Part shown: positions 13,355 through 26,659 of the stretch, piece after piece
Position numbering within the stretch: position 1 is the first letter of the stretch
Layout: the number at the start of each line of letters is the position of its first letter
Assembly: GCA_028534125.1 (NCBI GenBank)
Contig: CM052816.1
Span: forward strand, 27,344,001 to 27,408,000
DNA from: Lama glama
Taxonomy: Eukaryota
Length of the DNA stretch: 64,000 bases
Reading direction: 5' to 3'
Notes under the pieces: generated by a model
Database searches by the model: none
Seen by the model: the letters and a program-made list of their open reading frames with translations, nothing else
What the model was told of the DNA's origin: nothing
Translations under genes and position numbers: made by a program

Positions 13355-14255
13355 CTCTGAGCCAGACGTGAAGCTGAGCACTGGGACCGTGGCAGACATG
13401 GACGAGACATGGTGCCCGACACCAAGGAGCCCAGAGTCTAGTGGAGAAAAGTAAACAGTCTCCCACCACACAGTTGTGGAAACACCTCACCCCAGCGTGG
13501 GTAGAGGCAGAGGTCAGGAGGAGTGAGCTGACAGGGTAAGAAGGCTGAGAACAGGAACAGGCAAATTCCCAGGGCACTGATAGACTGGAAATTACAGGCA
13601 GCTTCACGTCATTCAACGAGTCTCGACAAGGGTAGGGTATCAGTCATGGGACCTAGGAGGCTGTACAAGTGGACAGGGCCAAAACCACAGGGGTTTGTAT
13701 GTCATGCTAAGGATTTTGGATTTTATCCACAGGCAATGAGAACCTACTACAAATGTACTAGCACAGTTACTGATGGATTCATTCAGAAAGATCAACTTGG
13801 TAACACTGAGGTTAGTCATCGATCAGAAAGGGGTGGAGCTGAGTGACGAGGCTGCTGTGGTACTCAAAGGGACAGATGATGACCACCTGAATACAGATAG
13901 TAGGAATGGGCATGGGAAGGAGATAGTAATGTTGATAGTAACTGAGTAAACAAGGTGACTTGTTGAGTATATGGATGTTGGGAGATACTGGGAGGGTTCA
14001 AGAGAAGGGAGTGTCATGGATAATTACTTTGAAAATTGGGGCCATTCACCAAACTAAGAAATTGGGACAGAGTCAAGATTTTGAGGGAAAATGATGAGTT
14101 TACTTTGGGGGGGATGTGTGCAGACTTTGTGAGAGCTAACAAAACATCAAAATGCAGATGAGCAGAAGTCAAAGAGCATCTCTAGCCCGGGGCTAGAGAT
14201 AAAAATTTGGAAGTCACCAACGCAGGTGACAGAATAACCCTTGAGGATGGATGAC
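13355..14255 (-). mobile_element. L2 LINE fragment
   Basis: gagacatggtgcccgacaccaaggagcccagagtctagtgg; catgctaaggattttggattttatcc; ttcagaaagatca; gatgatgaccacctgaat. Confidence 0.75.
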
Positions 14256-14349
14256 ACAAAAATCCATGCAGGATTTATGAATATCACTTATTAAAAAAGA
14301 CAGATATGCTTTGTCCACACTGGGAAGCAGATCAACATTCGGCTCCAGT

Positions 14350-14670
14350 TATCCTTTCAACATTATCTCCTGCCACTCCACACCACCATACATCTTACTG
14401 TGAAGTCACACCAAAACACTTATAACTTCCCAAGTCTGTCAGACTCCAACACCGTCCACTAAATTTTCTGCCTGGTGAACATCTACTTGACCTTAAACTC
14501 TAAATCAAATGTCACTTTTCCTGGGAAGCCCTTGATGATCTGACCACCCCCCTCCTGACTCCAGGTGGAGTTCACTGCTCCCTCCTCCTTCTTTCTACAG
14601 CACTTGTTCCCCACCCCTACTGTTGATAGACAAGTTTTCCTCCTCCACTAGATAGAAGGTTCTGAGAAGG
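14350..14670 (+). mobile_element. L2 LINE fragment
   Basis: tcaaatgtcacttttcctgggaagcccttg...tcctccactagatagaaggttctgaga. Confidence 0.65.
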
Positions 14671-16399
14671 AAAAGGCTGCAGCTACACAGGAAAAGGTAT
14701 AAAAGCACGTTTACAGAATGACGGCATAAAGCAACATGTCCTCCTTCTGCAAACATCATCCGTTACTCTAAAGAGTCTATGATTACTTCTGTTTGGCAAG
14801 CAGCCACAGAAGGTTCTTGGGTATACTGTAATATTTTCAGTATGATCTACCAAGAATTTTAATTTATTCCCATGTTACCAGTATGCATGTCGACACACTG
14901 ATGTGGTGAAAAGAGTGTAACCATTTAGAATAATAATTACTATGAATACTCTAGTTCCTCTCAGTGAATATGCCACTGTATTTCACTCAAGGCAAAAAAA
15001 AAAAAAATGAAAAGAGATGAAATCTAAAGAGTGAAAGGAAGTAACCGGAGGCCTCCTTAGCCATCAAGTGAGAGGTCACTTTGATATAACTCTCTTCCAG
15101 AAAGGACAAGTCAAAGACAAGAAGCAAACAAACAAATAGTTGAGAAAGTTTGTATCTGTTAAGTGCCCAATATATGAAAGGGATATTCTTTATGAAGAAA
15201 GAAGACAGAAACCCTACATGGGTTTAACTTTAAAGAAAATGCTAAAGAATAAAAAGAAATCCAAACATTCAAAGGACAATCATTCCCTCCAGAAGTAACA
15301 GCTCCTTGAATAGAAGAGACAACCTGTAAATCCTTATTCAGACTGACATCAACAGGCCTTTCAAATTGCTAGTCCTCCCTTGTCTCTACTTAACTGTACA
15401 AAAGAGACATTTCTGAAATTCACTTTCTTAGTCTGTTAGAGAATACATCTACATTTTTTCCAAGACATTGAGAGAATCATGTATATCGTCTGAAATTTCA
15501 ACAACTATGAGAAATTTATTACCAAACTGAAAAAAAGTTGTAGGACATTTTGTTTTTCAAACTGACCACTACTTCTTCAGGGAATCTGTTAGTTTTCTTT
15601 CTTGACAGTTTGAGTATACTACAACTTAAAGATGAGATGGCTCTAAATATTACAGAGTGACCCTATTTTACAAGACTTGAGAATGAGAACTCTAAGATGG
15701 AAGTAAGAAAAAGGTGTAAGTGCAGAAAATCTACAATATGAGCATCAAAATGCTGGTCTCCTATTAATCTTTGATTATAAACAAACATATTTACCCTCAA
15801 GAGTCTGGAAGGAGTTCAATCCTAAGGATCAACTGTCTTGTCAATACCAAGAGGGTATAAATGTGGAAATGCTTAGCTCTGGCTAATTATAGTAATTAAG
15901 GTGAAGATGCTGAGTCATTCATGATTCAGTCCAATTATTATTTAGTGGTCATGAATAGGCTGTTATTACATTAGGTATACCCATTTATCCCAAGTAGGTT
16001 ATGTTTTAATTTACTAAATACTCTGAAGTTGCAACTTTCTTTTCCAGACATGCTGTGACTCTGTATCCTGTGCAAAGAAACAAGGTCAAAAATCTTCATC
16101 TTTCAGTTGTAAAACTGAAGCACTGTGTGATCTTACCCACTGACTCCTCTGTTTCACTTTTCCCATTTTTAACATTTGTAAGATGATAGTTGTTCTGTCA
16201 CCCTTTTAAAATTTTAAAACATTGTTAAAACAATTAATGACAAACCCAATACTTTTGTCTAAAAAAACCTGATGATGATAATAATACTTAACCTTCTTGA
16301 ATACTTACTATCAGCCAATCACTGTTTTAATTTCTATCTAACTCACGTGATTCTTACAACAACCTCTGAGACAAATTATTTGTGTCAGGTTCCCTCACT

Positions 16400-16790
16400 T
16401 GTGTTAGGTTCCCGAGAGGAGGCAGATGGCACAATCAAGTGCAATTCAACTCTATTTTAATAAAGAGGTCATTTGCAAAGGTGTGGGCAGGACTTGGAGA
16501 AACTACAAGAGATGGGGCAGTACCCTGAGCTAGCAAGACTAAAGGGGAGCAGTTATCAACATGAAGTGTCTGGGGGAGGGCACAGTTACCAGAATTCACG
16601 ACGGCTGCTTGCCGGAAGCAGTGGCTAACAGTCTAGGGAGGTGACCTGAGAAGGAAGGAACTCAAGAAATGAAGAGCTCAAACTCTTTCTCCCTATCTGT
16701 CTGTTAATCTCTTGATGATGCCTCCCATTGGCCAAACCCAACCAGCACACAGAGCAGGTGGAGACAGGAAGACAGTGGATCAGATATGCA
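16400..16790 (-). mobile_element. LTR33-family (ERVL) LTR nested in a MIR
   Basis: ggcagatggcacaatcaa...ttaataaagaggtcatttgcaaaggtgtgggcagg...cagtaccctgagctagcaa; cctcccattggccaaacccaacc. Flanked by minus-strand MIR pieces at ~16270-16375 and ~16870-16995. Confidence 0.75.
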
Positions 16791-19700
16791 TGGTTCCATT
16801 TTATCCCCATCATCCAAAACTTACCTTGAATAAATAAAGCAATCAATACTGATTAGTGAAAGAAGAAACAATATCAAAATAACAAGAGGTTCAGTAAGCT
16901 GCTCCAAATCACACACACAGTAAGAAGCTCTGAGACTCAAACCCATGTTCATAACTGGAATAGCAGTCTGCCTCCAGCCACCATCTTTACCCCACACCAT
17001 TTGTAAGCATGCTGTTGGGTGCTTCGGGTGACATTGAGAACGACAGGAAATTATCACCACCCCCCAGAAGCTTGTCATCTGTGTGCCAGTTTTGTTATCT
17101 TCCCATCTCATTATTGTCAAATCTCCAAATTCCCTTTTAGCATCAAGAGCTCTTACAATTCTGCCACCTATTCCAGCTAGCAGCTGAGCAGTGAAATCTT
17201 CCACCACGTGGCATTTTGTCCACTTGTCTGACAGAATCCTGCTTCACAGGGATGTTCTGAGTATAAACAACACAGGTTACATGATGGTATCTTTTGAGAA
17301 GACAAGCCTTTAACCTCTACTTACTGCAATGGACTAAGCCTTAGGTCTTATATTATTAATACCTTTACTTGCATGACAGGGTGAAGGATTTATTTACTCA
17401 GCCAACATATACTGATCATATAGTATGTGCCTGAAACTGTGCTCTGTACTTGCACAGACTGAGAGAACGTTCTTACTAAAATCAACAAGTGGCTTTCTAC
17501 AGGAATGAGTCAACAAGTATCCAGAGGGAAGTTTAAAGCATGTTACTCACCAGGAGACGTTGTGGGCACATAGCCTAGAGTTCAGTCAGGGTCCTGCCCT
17601 CAGCAGCACCTGGTCCCTCCCCAGGTTGTTCTGAGTTTGAACACACAATAAAATCCTGTAATAAGGACAAGCCATCCAAAGGCTAATACTGTTCCTCTAG
17701 ACAATCGATATTCTGCTATTCTCCATCTTTTAGGGAAGGCCTCTGCTTTGAAATAGCCCTCTGTACAAGGGCCTGCCCCAAATGGATCAGAAATTCCCCC
17801 CTGGGGATTTTTGTTAGTTCTGCTTTTGAGCTTGGGGAGGCCATTCTTTCATGCCTGATCCTGACTGAAATAGCACTTAAGAAATCTTTTGTCTTTTCCA
17901 GAGACAAGGCAAGTAAGCTGGCACAGCTACTCCCTTTCACGCTGTGCAAGCATTAGCTTTGCATTTTTAAAAACTATTCTACGAAATGTCACGCGGTGAG
18001 GTCCACCAAAGTGGGGAAGGGGGGAAAGAATAGCAGAGCTGATTTTCTACACGCAAGTTCTAATGACTTTGGAAAACCATCAACCTAGATCCAATTTTTC
18101 TACTAATTTGACAGTTTCCCACTAAGGGCAAGAACGCAAAACCATCAATTAGTCTCGTGGTAATTATATTCTAAAGAACAATCTATTTTCTCAATGATTC
18201 TAACAAATGAACAAATTCACTTCATTACAAACTCAAATATTCAAATTACAAATTCAAATATTCGACAAAGCTTACTTCATCTAAGAGCTCTAGGTAAAAT
18301 CACTCTTGCCAATATTCTCCGCATGTTTACTTAGGTGCACACACCTGTGCTTTCTATTGCCAATGAAAGCTCTGAGTGTGCAGGACTTCTGCTGCATGAA
18401 ATACATTTACATACATTATGAAACAGAAACAAAGAAGAATCATTGACAGCTTACATCCCTCTTCTTATCAAATCAATCTACAGCTTGTGAAGAGCTGGGC
18501 TACTTCCCTGCAACAGGAGTAAACATTAGGCTATATCCAGTGCCCAAGATTTGTAACATGTTAATCTGCGAGTACTCAACTTAATTAAAGATTAGGCTTT
18601 TAAATTGTATTTTTAGTGCACAACAGTACTGCTAAATTATGATGATCAGCGGCTAAGAGTGCTTATGTCTGCAGAACTCGTGGAATGAGAATGAATCATT
18701 TATTTCCATCTTGATATGACTGCTCTTCTCTGAGGCGTCGTTCTCCGAGTTCACAGGCCGTGGAGTTCACTGGAACTGTATGACTAAAACACAGCTTGGA
18801 GACCTCATTTATGAAAATTCCTTTAAACCTTTCACCACTTTGACAAATCCAGTCCAAGTCCGCCGAGCCAATTCAAAAAGTAGCTCTCAGCCTTTTTATA
18901 GGTTTTCAATTACACCAACACAGCACACCAGAGCTGTCGTGTTGGACAGAGGACACTGCAGTTTCAGAGAGGCATGAGTTCTTTTTAAAGAGACTCAAAT
19001 GAAAGCCGCATTGCCCAAACCGGAGCCAACAGATGAAAAGCATTGTCTGTTTTGAACCATCCTTGACTTATTAAAAAGAGACCTTCAAATTACTTAGACA
19101 CAGTGAGTGTTTAGTTACCTACAATAGGATGTATGCTATGATTTTTCTAACTTTTTAGAATTTACTTTGCAAAAATATTGGCAGCTACTTTGCCCTCCAA
19201 CTGCTCCAAACCATTGTTTTATTTTGTTTTTTTGAGGAATTGGTCAAAACATTTTCTAGACTTCAGTCATCCTCTTCCTACCTGGTGTGTGACAGCAGGA
19301 ATTATGTTTCCCTGTATGTACTCTGAAAAACAAAAGCCTCAAGCAGGTCAACGAGCTTTCCAGGTTGAAAATGGGAATCAATGGTAAACTGGAGGTTAGG
19401 ACTAATCCCACTTTCTATTTCACCGTACTCTTTGAGAGGGCCTGAGGTAACCATTCTCTTTTCTGAGACAAGAAGCCCTCCTTAAAAATGCTTCTATGAC
19501 TTAACAGATCAAACACTAATATTTCTTTCTCTTTTCAAACTTTGAATTGATTTGAATAAGTAGTTAGTATGGTTTTCTGGGAGTGCCAACCTTTGAGACT
19601 TGGCTGAGTGAATTATTTTAAGTGACCTTTATCATTAGGGGTACAATAGACAAGCAAGCACATACACTTAGTTGGTTAACAGTACTCGCAAAATTTAAAT

Positions 19701-20499
19701 ACTGTACATACAAGGGCAAACTTACTCAGGACATAAATCTCCCGTTCTCTCAGGGGAAATAGTGATGACTGCAAAACCACTGGAAACAGAGAGAAAGCTC
19801 ATCATTATGACTCTAGCTGCTGCTTGATGCAGGCTATTCTTTGTATGTTTAATGTTCTAGATGTCAGTTGGCCTTTTTTGTGATCTCAGTAGGAGGTTTG
19901 TTCAGTGGATGAGTTTTGTTTTGCTGTTTGGTCTGTCCTATTTTTTTTTCCCCTTCTTGTTAAATAAGATCGTTCCAATTTAACATGCTAGACTACAGGT
20001 AAGTTCCCTTACTATTCAATATTAGAGGAGATGAAGCTTTAAGCTAATAAATGAGACACACAGAAGCTCTGCAGAATTCTAGGCAAGAATGTCCCTTCTG
20101 ACTGTAGCAGCACCCTGTCCATTCAGTCTGACTCCAATGTGGTTCAGTGGCCTAGGATACAGCCTGCGACTGAAAGGCAGGAGCCAGGGCTGGGGAGGTG
20201 GCCCCTACCAACAAATCCCTTCAGCTCCTGGGATTACAAATAACTCTCCCCACCTCATTAATGTGTTCAAAGTCACAAATGCCAATGGTGGGCCTACTGA
20301 ACACTGCACTCTATACCTGGGGACAGAAAGATGATGTCCACATTCCCTACGCTCAAGGGCCCAGGTTCGAGAGTACAGACAGCCGAGTACAACACCTCCC
20401 ATCGGGGAAACAGCAGAGGTGCAAGCTAAGTGCTGGGGAGCAAGAGGTGGCAGGAGCTGCGGCTGCCCTTGGGACTCCCAGGGCCTCATTAGAGCCCAA

Positions 20500-20810
20500 G
20501 CCTGCAGTCCACCATGGGAGCCACCAGCCACATGGGGCGACTGAGCACTGCAAGTGTGGCTAGTCTAGATTAAGAATAAAATACAGCCAAATTTCAAAAA
20601 GTTTGGGGGAAAAGGATGCAAAGAATGTAGTTAATGTTGTTTTTTAATATAGCTTAAGTGGGCAATCCTAATAGTTTGGATATATTAGGCTAAGTAAACT
20701 ATTATTAACATTAATTTCACCTGTTCTCTTTTACTTTTCCTACTGAGCCTGCTAGAAAATCTGAAATGACCTATGGAGCTTGCATCCGAGGATCCTCTTA
20801 TCTCTAGCAG
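20500..20810. mobile_element. MER33-like hAT-Charlie element
   Basis: agccaccagccacatggggcgactgagcactgcaagtgtggctagtc...ttggatatattaggctaagtaaac...attaatttcacctgtt. Confidence 0.75.
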
Positions 20811-21959
20811 CCAGTTCTGGTCACAAGCAGACACTGGGGAGGAAGCCCAGGAGGCTGTCTCAGGCTGGCGGGTGAGCAGGGAGAGGCAGCCGTGGATGAG
20901 AGAAGAGGTGACACACGGGAGCCCAGGAGCGGCTCTGGAGAGGAAAGCAGGGGCTGGCGGAGTGTCTGCTTCCTGAAGAGCACATACCTGCCCGATTCAT
21001 CTGCAGCACAGAGACCACAACACGAAGGCCGAAACAAGGACAAGAGTCACATCCCTAGTAAATGAGAAGCAGCCCGTGGTTTACAGGGAGCTGTGCTCAG
21101 CAGGGGACCGACCAGACCCACTCACCAGCCCCAGCCTCACCCCACCTACAGCCTGTCATATGCTCCCTCTGCCTTCTCATCTGCAAACCAGCGTCTGGGA
21201 GGAGCTGCCCTGCAGTGTCTCCTTACTCTGCTGAGGAAGTCTCTGGAAACCTGAAGCTCTCTGAACACCCTGAGGCAAGGTGGAAAGGGCTCAAGAAGCA
21301 GACACATTTGGTACTAGTGTTTTGAAGCTGCAATGAACAGAAATTGGTATAGAATGAATTCTTTACACTTCCTTTTCATCCAACCTAACACACTTTATTT
21401 AAATTCTTAATTAGTCCCCTTCTCGGCTAGATCTGAGCCAGATGTTAGTGCTGTGAGCTCAGGAACCACATCTGTGTGCTGCTGGGACCACAGCTCTGAG
21501 TACGGAGTATGGAGCCCGGCACTCTGGGGCCCAAAGCAAATGCCTGCGGACGGGTTCAAGAGGGGAACATGCAGAATATATGTGATGTTGCGCATACGCT
21601 GAGTTAAGGTTCCAGGTGTGCAGCCGGCACTCAGGAACCGGTGAGGCGTGCACCCAGGGACGGTGGAGCAGTCTCACTGATCGCTCTAAGAATGTAACCT
21701 CCTCTGCGTGCGAAAGAGTCGTGGCAGGTGGCGGAGGACAGCGAGCTGAGGCCTTCCCAGCCGTCCTCTGCTCCTGGCATGAGAAGCACGAGAAACATTC
21801 CAGGAGGCTCTGGCGGCCGAAGCAGATACTGACCGACTTTGGACAGGGCAGGGAAGGCTGAGAGAGGTGAGGACTAGCAGAGGCCGGGAAGTTTCACTGG
21901 CCGGCTCTCGGGCCTGGGGTCTCCCTTGGTAAGGTGAATGGCGTGGAGGCCGCATCAAG

Positions 21960-22195
21960 CAGCAGTGACGCGGGTCGAGGTTCTGCATTTAATTCCATTC
22001 TCAACCACTTGACAGCTGAGAGTCAAGGAAGTTCCTTCTCCAAACTTCATTCTTCACAGCTTAAAACAGGGCTCATAATGCACATCTTAGGGGGTTGGTT
22101 GGCTATGATGTGCTTTTCAGAAAGGACTGGCACATGGTGAACACAATAAATGGTAACAGGTGGTACGTGGTGAACACTCAACAACGGCTATTATC
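21960..22195 (+). mobile_element. MIR SINE (degraded)
   Basis: ccacttgacagctg...ctggcacatggtgaacacaataaatgg; the tail appears locally duplicated. Confidence 0.55.
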
Positions 22196-22220
22196 GTCCT
22201 TCCAGATTACAGCTTTTAAG

Positions 22221-22396
22221 CAAGGTTTTTAACCTGGAGTCCATGGAGCGCCAGGAAATCCACAGGTGGAAACTCGAAATCAAACACAAAGCAGTGTGTG
22301 TGAGTGCGTGCACATCTTTTTTCTCTAAGGAAAGAATCCATAGCTTTCATCAGAACTGAAAAGACTCTGAGACTGAAAACAGGTTAAGGAACAGTC
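22221..22396. mobile_element. hAT-Charlie MITE (subfamily unresolved)
   Basis: Inverted ends caaggtttttaacctg...caggttaaggaacagt; internal tccatagctttcatcagaa. Confidence 0.65.
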
Positions 22397-22849
22397 TTCA
22401 GCTTCTGTGGCTTCCAAAGTGTTTAGCTCATTTTGTACATCTATGGTGTAACTTTCGGTGTGGTTCTCAGAACTAAGCCTCTTCCATGTCTGATCAAGAG
22501 GCCCGCATACACGCAACAGTACAGCCTCTGTAAGAGGCCTTTAGTATCTGGCAACAGCAGAATCACAGGAACATGGCTGGAACTTCCAAGGTAGAAATTC
22601 ACCTTAGTTTCAAAAACATGTAGCACTGGAGTCCTTACCTCTTTAAATATCTTTTTCCACAGTGTGTTTGACAAAACTGATGGCCAAAGGAGGCAGCTGG
22701 AATGTTTTTTTCTTAGGAAATGGTCATTTCATTTCAGAACAACAACAAAATATCTTAATAGATGAGTTGGAAGAGCCCAAACAGAGGCTGGACCTACTCC
22801 TCAACAACCCAGATGAGTGCCTGGCAGACTGGCAACCTCCAGGAACAGG

Positions 22850-23030
22850 GAGCTTAGTGGCCAGCAAGCTGCTTCTACTGTTTAAATCTTAGTTTCCTCA
22901 TATGAAGAAAAAGGATGATAAAGGTTAATACCGCCTTCCGGGGCTGCTGTGAGGCTTCAGTAAGAAAATAACTGTAAAGCCTCTGCGAAGTCCCCGACAC
23001 ATAGTAGTAAGCACCTCACAGACAGTAACA
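22850..23030 (+). mobile_element. MIR SINE fragment
   Basis: tcttagtttcctcatatg...ggctgctgtgaggctt...tgtaaagc...gacacatagtagtaagcac. Confidence 0.7.
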
Positions 23031-23344
23031 ATTACATATCCTCTTTATGGTAAGAAGAAAAATCTCTGAGCCATAGGGTCCAGCCTTGAGACTAACTTTG
23101 GGTCACTGATATTTTTCCACCTCTTTCTTCTGGTAGTTCTTAGTAACCAAGTAGGAAATGAGCACATCAACAGTTGGGAGAATTGTTGCAAAAGTGTCTG
23201 AGCAGCAATTTCAAAAAGAACCTGCCTTTGTGTCCAATATTCCAAGATGCAAATGCGAGAATCTAGGTAAAGGAAATAGAATAAGCCTATAAAATCACCT
23301 TAAAAACCTGACGATTAGTGATTCTGCATTTAAAATGCATTTAA

Positions 23345-24420
23345 AAATTATTCTGCATATCTGATGTGAGAGGCACTGTACTAAGCACAGGGATATACAA
23401 AGACGAGGAAGCATGGTGCGGTGCAGCGCTCAAGCCATTCAGACCAGCAGGAGAGCCAGGCAAGTGCTCCCAATGCTGCACCACAGGGTCAAGTCCCAGG
23501 CACGGGCTGGGCAGGGGAGGGTATTCAGCAAAGGGGTCTTGAAAGAATAACACCTGGGTTGTGTCTGGAAGGAGATGTTCACTAGATCAAGAAAAGAGAA
23601 ACAATATTCCACAGAGACAACAGCACATGCAAAAGCATGAAAATAAGAGAAAATGGACATCTGACGAACTTAATGTTAAATAAGTCAGCGCAGCATGGGG
23701 ATCACATGGGCAGTCTGCTTCACACCCTTCCTCCCATCCATCCTCTGCATCCAACAGGAGACAGGACACACATGGTGGGGAACCCTGGAATTTATGGTTA
23801 ACAGCTTGAACTTCTTCCCCAGGGCTATGAAGTTTTGAATGGTTCCTTTTTTCATTTGAGATACAACTGACACATAACATTACATTAGTTTCAGGTGTAT
23901 AATGTAATGATTTGATATTTGCATATACTGTGAAATGATTACCACAATAAGTCTAGTTAACATCCATCACTGCACATAGTTACAAACTTTTTTCTTTCAA
24001 TGAGGACTTTTAAGATCTACTTTCTTGGCAACTTTCAAATATGCAATATATTATTATTAACTATAGTCCACAGGCTGTATATTACATCCCTGAGACTTAT
24101 TTATTCTGCAGCTGGAAGTCTGCACCTTTTGACCACGGAGTCATGATTCGATTTTATCTGTCTGTTCTTTAGAAAGAGTACTCAGGCGGTGGTGAGAAGG
24201 ATGGCCTGACAGCAGAGAGACTGGAGGTAGCATTCTGGAGGCAACTTGTGAGGAGTGAAACAGGGAGGGCTAAAATAATGGAGGAAGAGTAAGACAGAGA
24301 TGGAGGAGGCGGCCCTGGTGACTGATCAGGGGGAAGAGGGAAGGGAGATGATCAGATCAGGCCTACTCCCAGGTTTCTGGCTCAGTGGCTTAGTGGGCTG
24401 TGCTGTGTCCTCCAGGGAAA
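23345..24420 (-). mobile_element. L2 LINE fragment interrupted by an L1
   Basis: aggcactgtactaagcacagggatataca; resumes after the L1 with catgattcgatttt...ttagaaagagtactcaggc and actcccaggtttctggctcag. Confidence 0.65.
23845..24135 (-). mobile_element. L1 (L1MA9-like) 3' end, 5'-truncated
   Basis: ttgagatacaactgacacataacattacattagtttcaggtgtata...gattaccacaataagtctagttaacatccatcac...ttaagatctactttcttggcaactttcaaatatgcaata. Confidence 0.9.
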
Positions 24421-24599
24421 ACAGGTGGAACCGGAGATATCAGCCGTTTCTGCTTACACAGCACCTACTCTTTTCTTTTCAATATTTTCTCTTTAAAAAC
24501 CACCCCTTTCCTGCTGTCACGGCATTCAGTTTAGGAGGCTTTTGCTGACCACCCTCACTGGCACATCCTTCACGCTGGACCCACTCCTCACACAGGCCT

Positions 24600-24918
24600 T
24601 CCTCCCATCCCCCAAGGCTCCAGGACTGGGCCCATCATCAAGGCCGAGCCAGGCAGCACATTCCCAATCTCTGGCCATTAGAACTGGCTCAGGCGTGGGC
24701 ATATGATCAAAGTAGTCTAATGAGAGTTAATCCTGAATTATTCTCTTTTTCCACAGGGATTAAGTCTAAAGCTGCTGATGACCATTTTACTACCACAAAG
24801 AAGACCGAAAATCAGAACTGGATCCTTCCTGAACTTTTCCAAGGAACCAGGATATGCCCCTTTCTACTTGAACATTTGGTTTCTGTATGACTTGCTGCCA
24901 AGAGTCCGGACAAACACA
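24600..24918 (+). mobile_element. MLT1 (J/K-like) MaLR LTR
   Basis: ctggctcaggcgtgggcatatgatcaaag; end ggtttctgtatgacttgctgccaagagtccggacaaacaca. Confidence 0.6.
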
Positions 24919-26659
24919 AAGAGTAAAGACAACTGTTTCAAAGAAAAAAAGTCTATTTTTGTAAGCGGTGGATCATAAAGACCTACATTACTGTGACACT
25001 AGTACCTTAAAACATTTAAATCTACAAAAGGCATTTAGGGTCTTTGTAGCAAATTCTTTCGAGAATCATGAAAAGCCAGACCAGATTTTTTTCAAAAATG
25101 TTACTGCAGCAGATAATGGCACATTCACTCATTAAGTTAACATTTATTCAATATCTTCAGGGTTCTTAGGCTTGTGCAATAGAAACTAGACAAGTATACA
25201 CTTGGGTTTGAGCCGGTCCATCCAAGGCCCTTCCACGAAGTGCAGCTGTGTGTGCTGTGCAGGCTAACTGTGTGACGTTACAGAGGCCAGGTGTCTCTGT
25301 CTGGCCCGGCAGCTGCACTTGATGTGAAGGATGCCACCTGAATTTCAGACTGCCATCTATGAAACAAGGCTGGTGAGCAGCACCTCGACTGAGGCCTTAG
25401 GTGAAAGACGGAACAGAATGGTTGTACATTCCTCTGCTCTCTAACAAAACACCCACTGACACGTATGGAAAAGCCTGTATGGCACATTGTGCTGGGCTCT
25501 CCTGCCAGGCTCTACTCTCCCTCCATGAGAAAACCTTGCCATTAGCAGGGGTTTAACTGTTCTTAATGCACTGACACCTCTATGTAAATATGCCTAAATT
25601 GTCACCTTCTGCCTTGCCTGCTTCCCAGTCGCTCTGCCCAAATAAACCTCCAAGCCTCCGCCTCTGGCGGATATTTGCTGGTTTTGCCACCCTGCGTCCA
25701 TTCCCAATTCTGACAGAGTGCTCCCAAATCCTTTGTGGAAGCACCACCTACTCCCCATTGTGTGCTGTCTTAGGAGGGGCAGTCAGTCAATGCTTCTGGC
25801 TCAGCAGTGTGCCTGCCACTCAAACCAGGCCAAAGGTGTTCTCTTTCCTGCTAGGCTAAGTCCAAAGGCAGCGCCTCCAAGAGCAGATCTCCAGCTGTGT
25901 GCCTCAGGAAAAAGAACATCAGTTCCTCCTCCCCTGCCTCCCAGCGTACTTTTGCTCCTCTCCTGAGAGTGCTTCTGACTCACCTTTGACCCTTAGGATG
26001 TCCTCCAGGTTGCATTTTGTTCTCTGTTGCTTTACAACTAGAGAAACTTAACTGTATACAATCCACTGTGATTTAGACACTAAGCAATAGTAACATTCAT
26101 AGCATACTCTGCAGCTTATAAAGCACTTTCACATTCAATTTACCTCTTTTAATCAACCTTCCTGGAACTGAATTTTCCTCCTCCCCCCAAATAAATCACT
26201 TATTGATTTCTCTATTTCTCACAACAGCCCAATCATTCTTTCAGTCACTTAAGCTTTTTTAAATCTCAGAATGATTCTGACTCGAGGCTTTCACTAATCT
26301 TCTGCGATCAGTCACCTAATCCTAAATATGGGGATCTCCCAGATCGATCCCTTCCTTTCCATCTTCTGTCTCCACTTTTGTTAGCGCCCTCCTCACCTCA
26401 TAACAATGGTTTGCTGACTCTGCTACCAGCCTACTGTCTCCAAACCATCCCAACACCACTGGCAGAGGATATGGCTAAACTTTTGCTATCTTTGTGTCAC
26501 TCCTCTTCTACCTATGCTTTACAGAACAAAGATTACAGGACACTGATTTATAGGCCAATTCCCTAACCTCAATTCTGGGCTGTCTACAGGAACACTATCT
26601 TACAGTACGCTACTCCTCAGCAGAAAACATTTGCTAAGACAAGTGTTTTCAAACATGTA

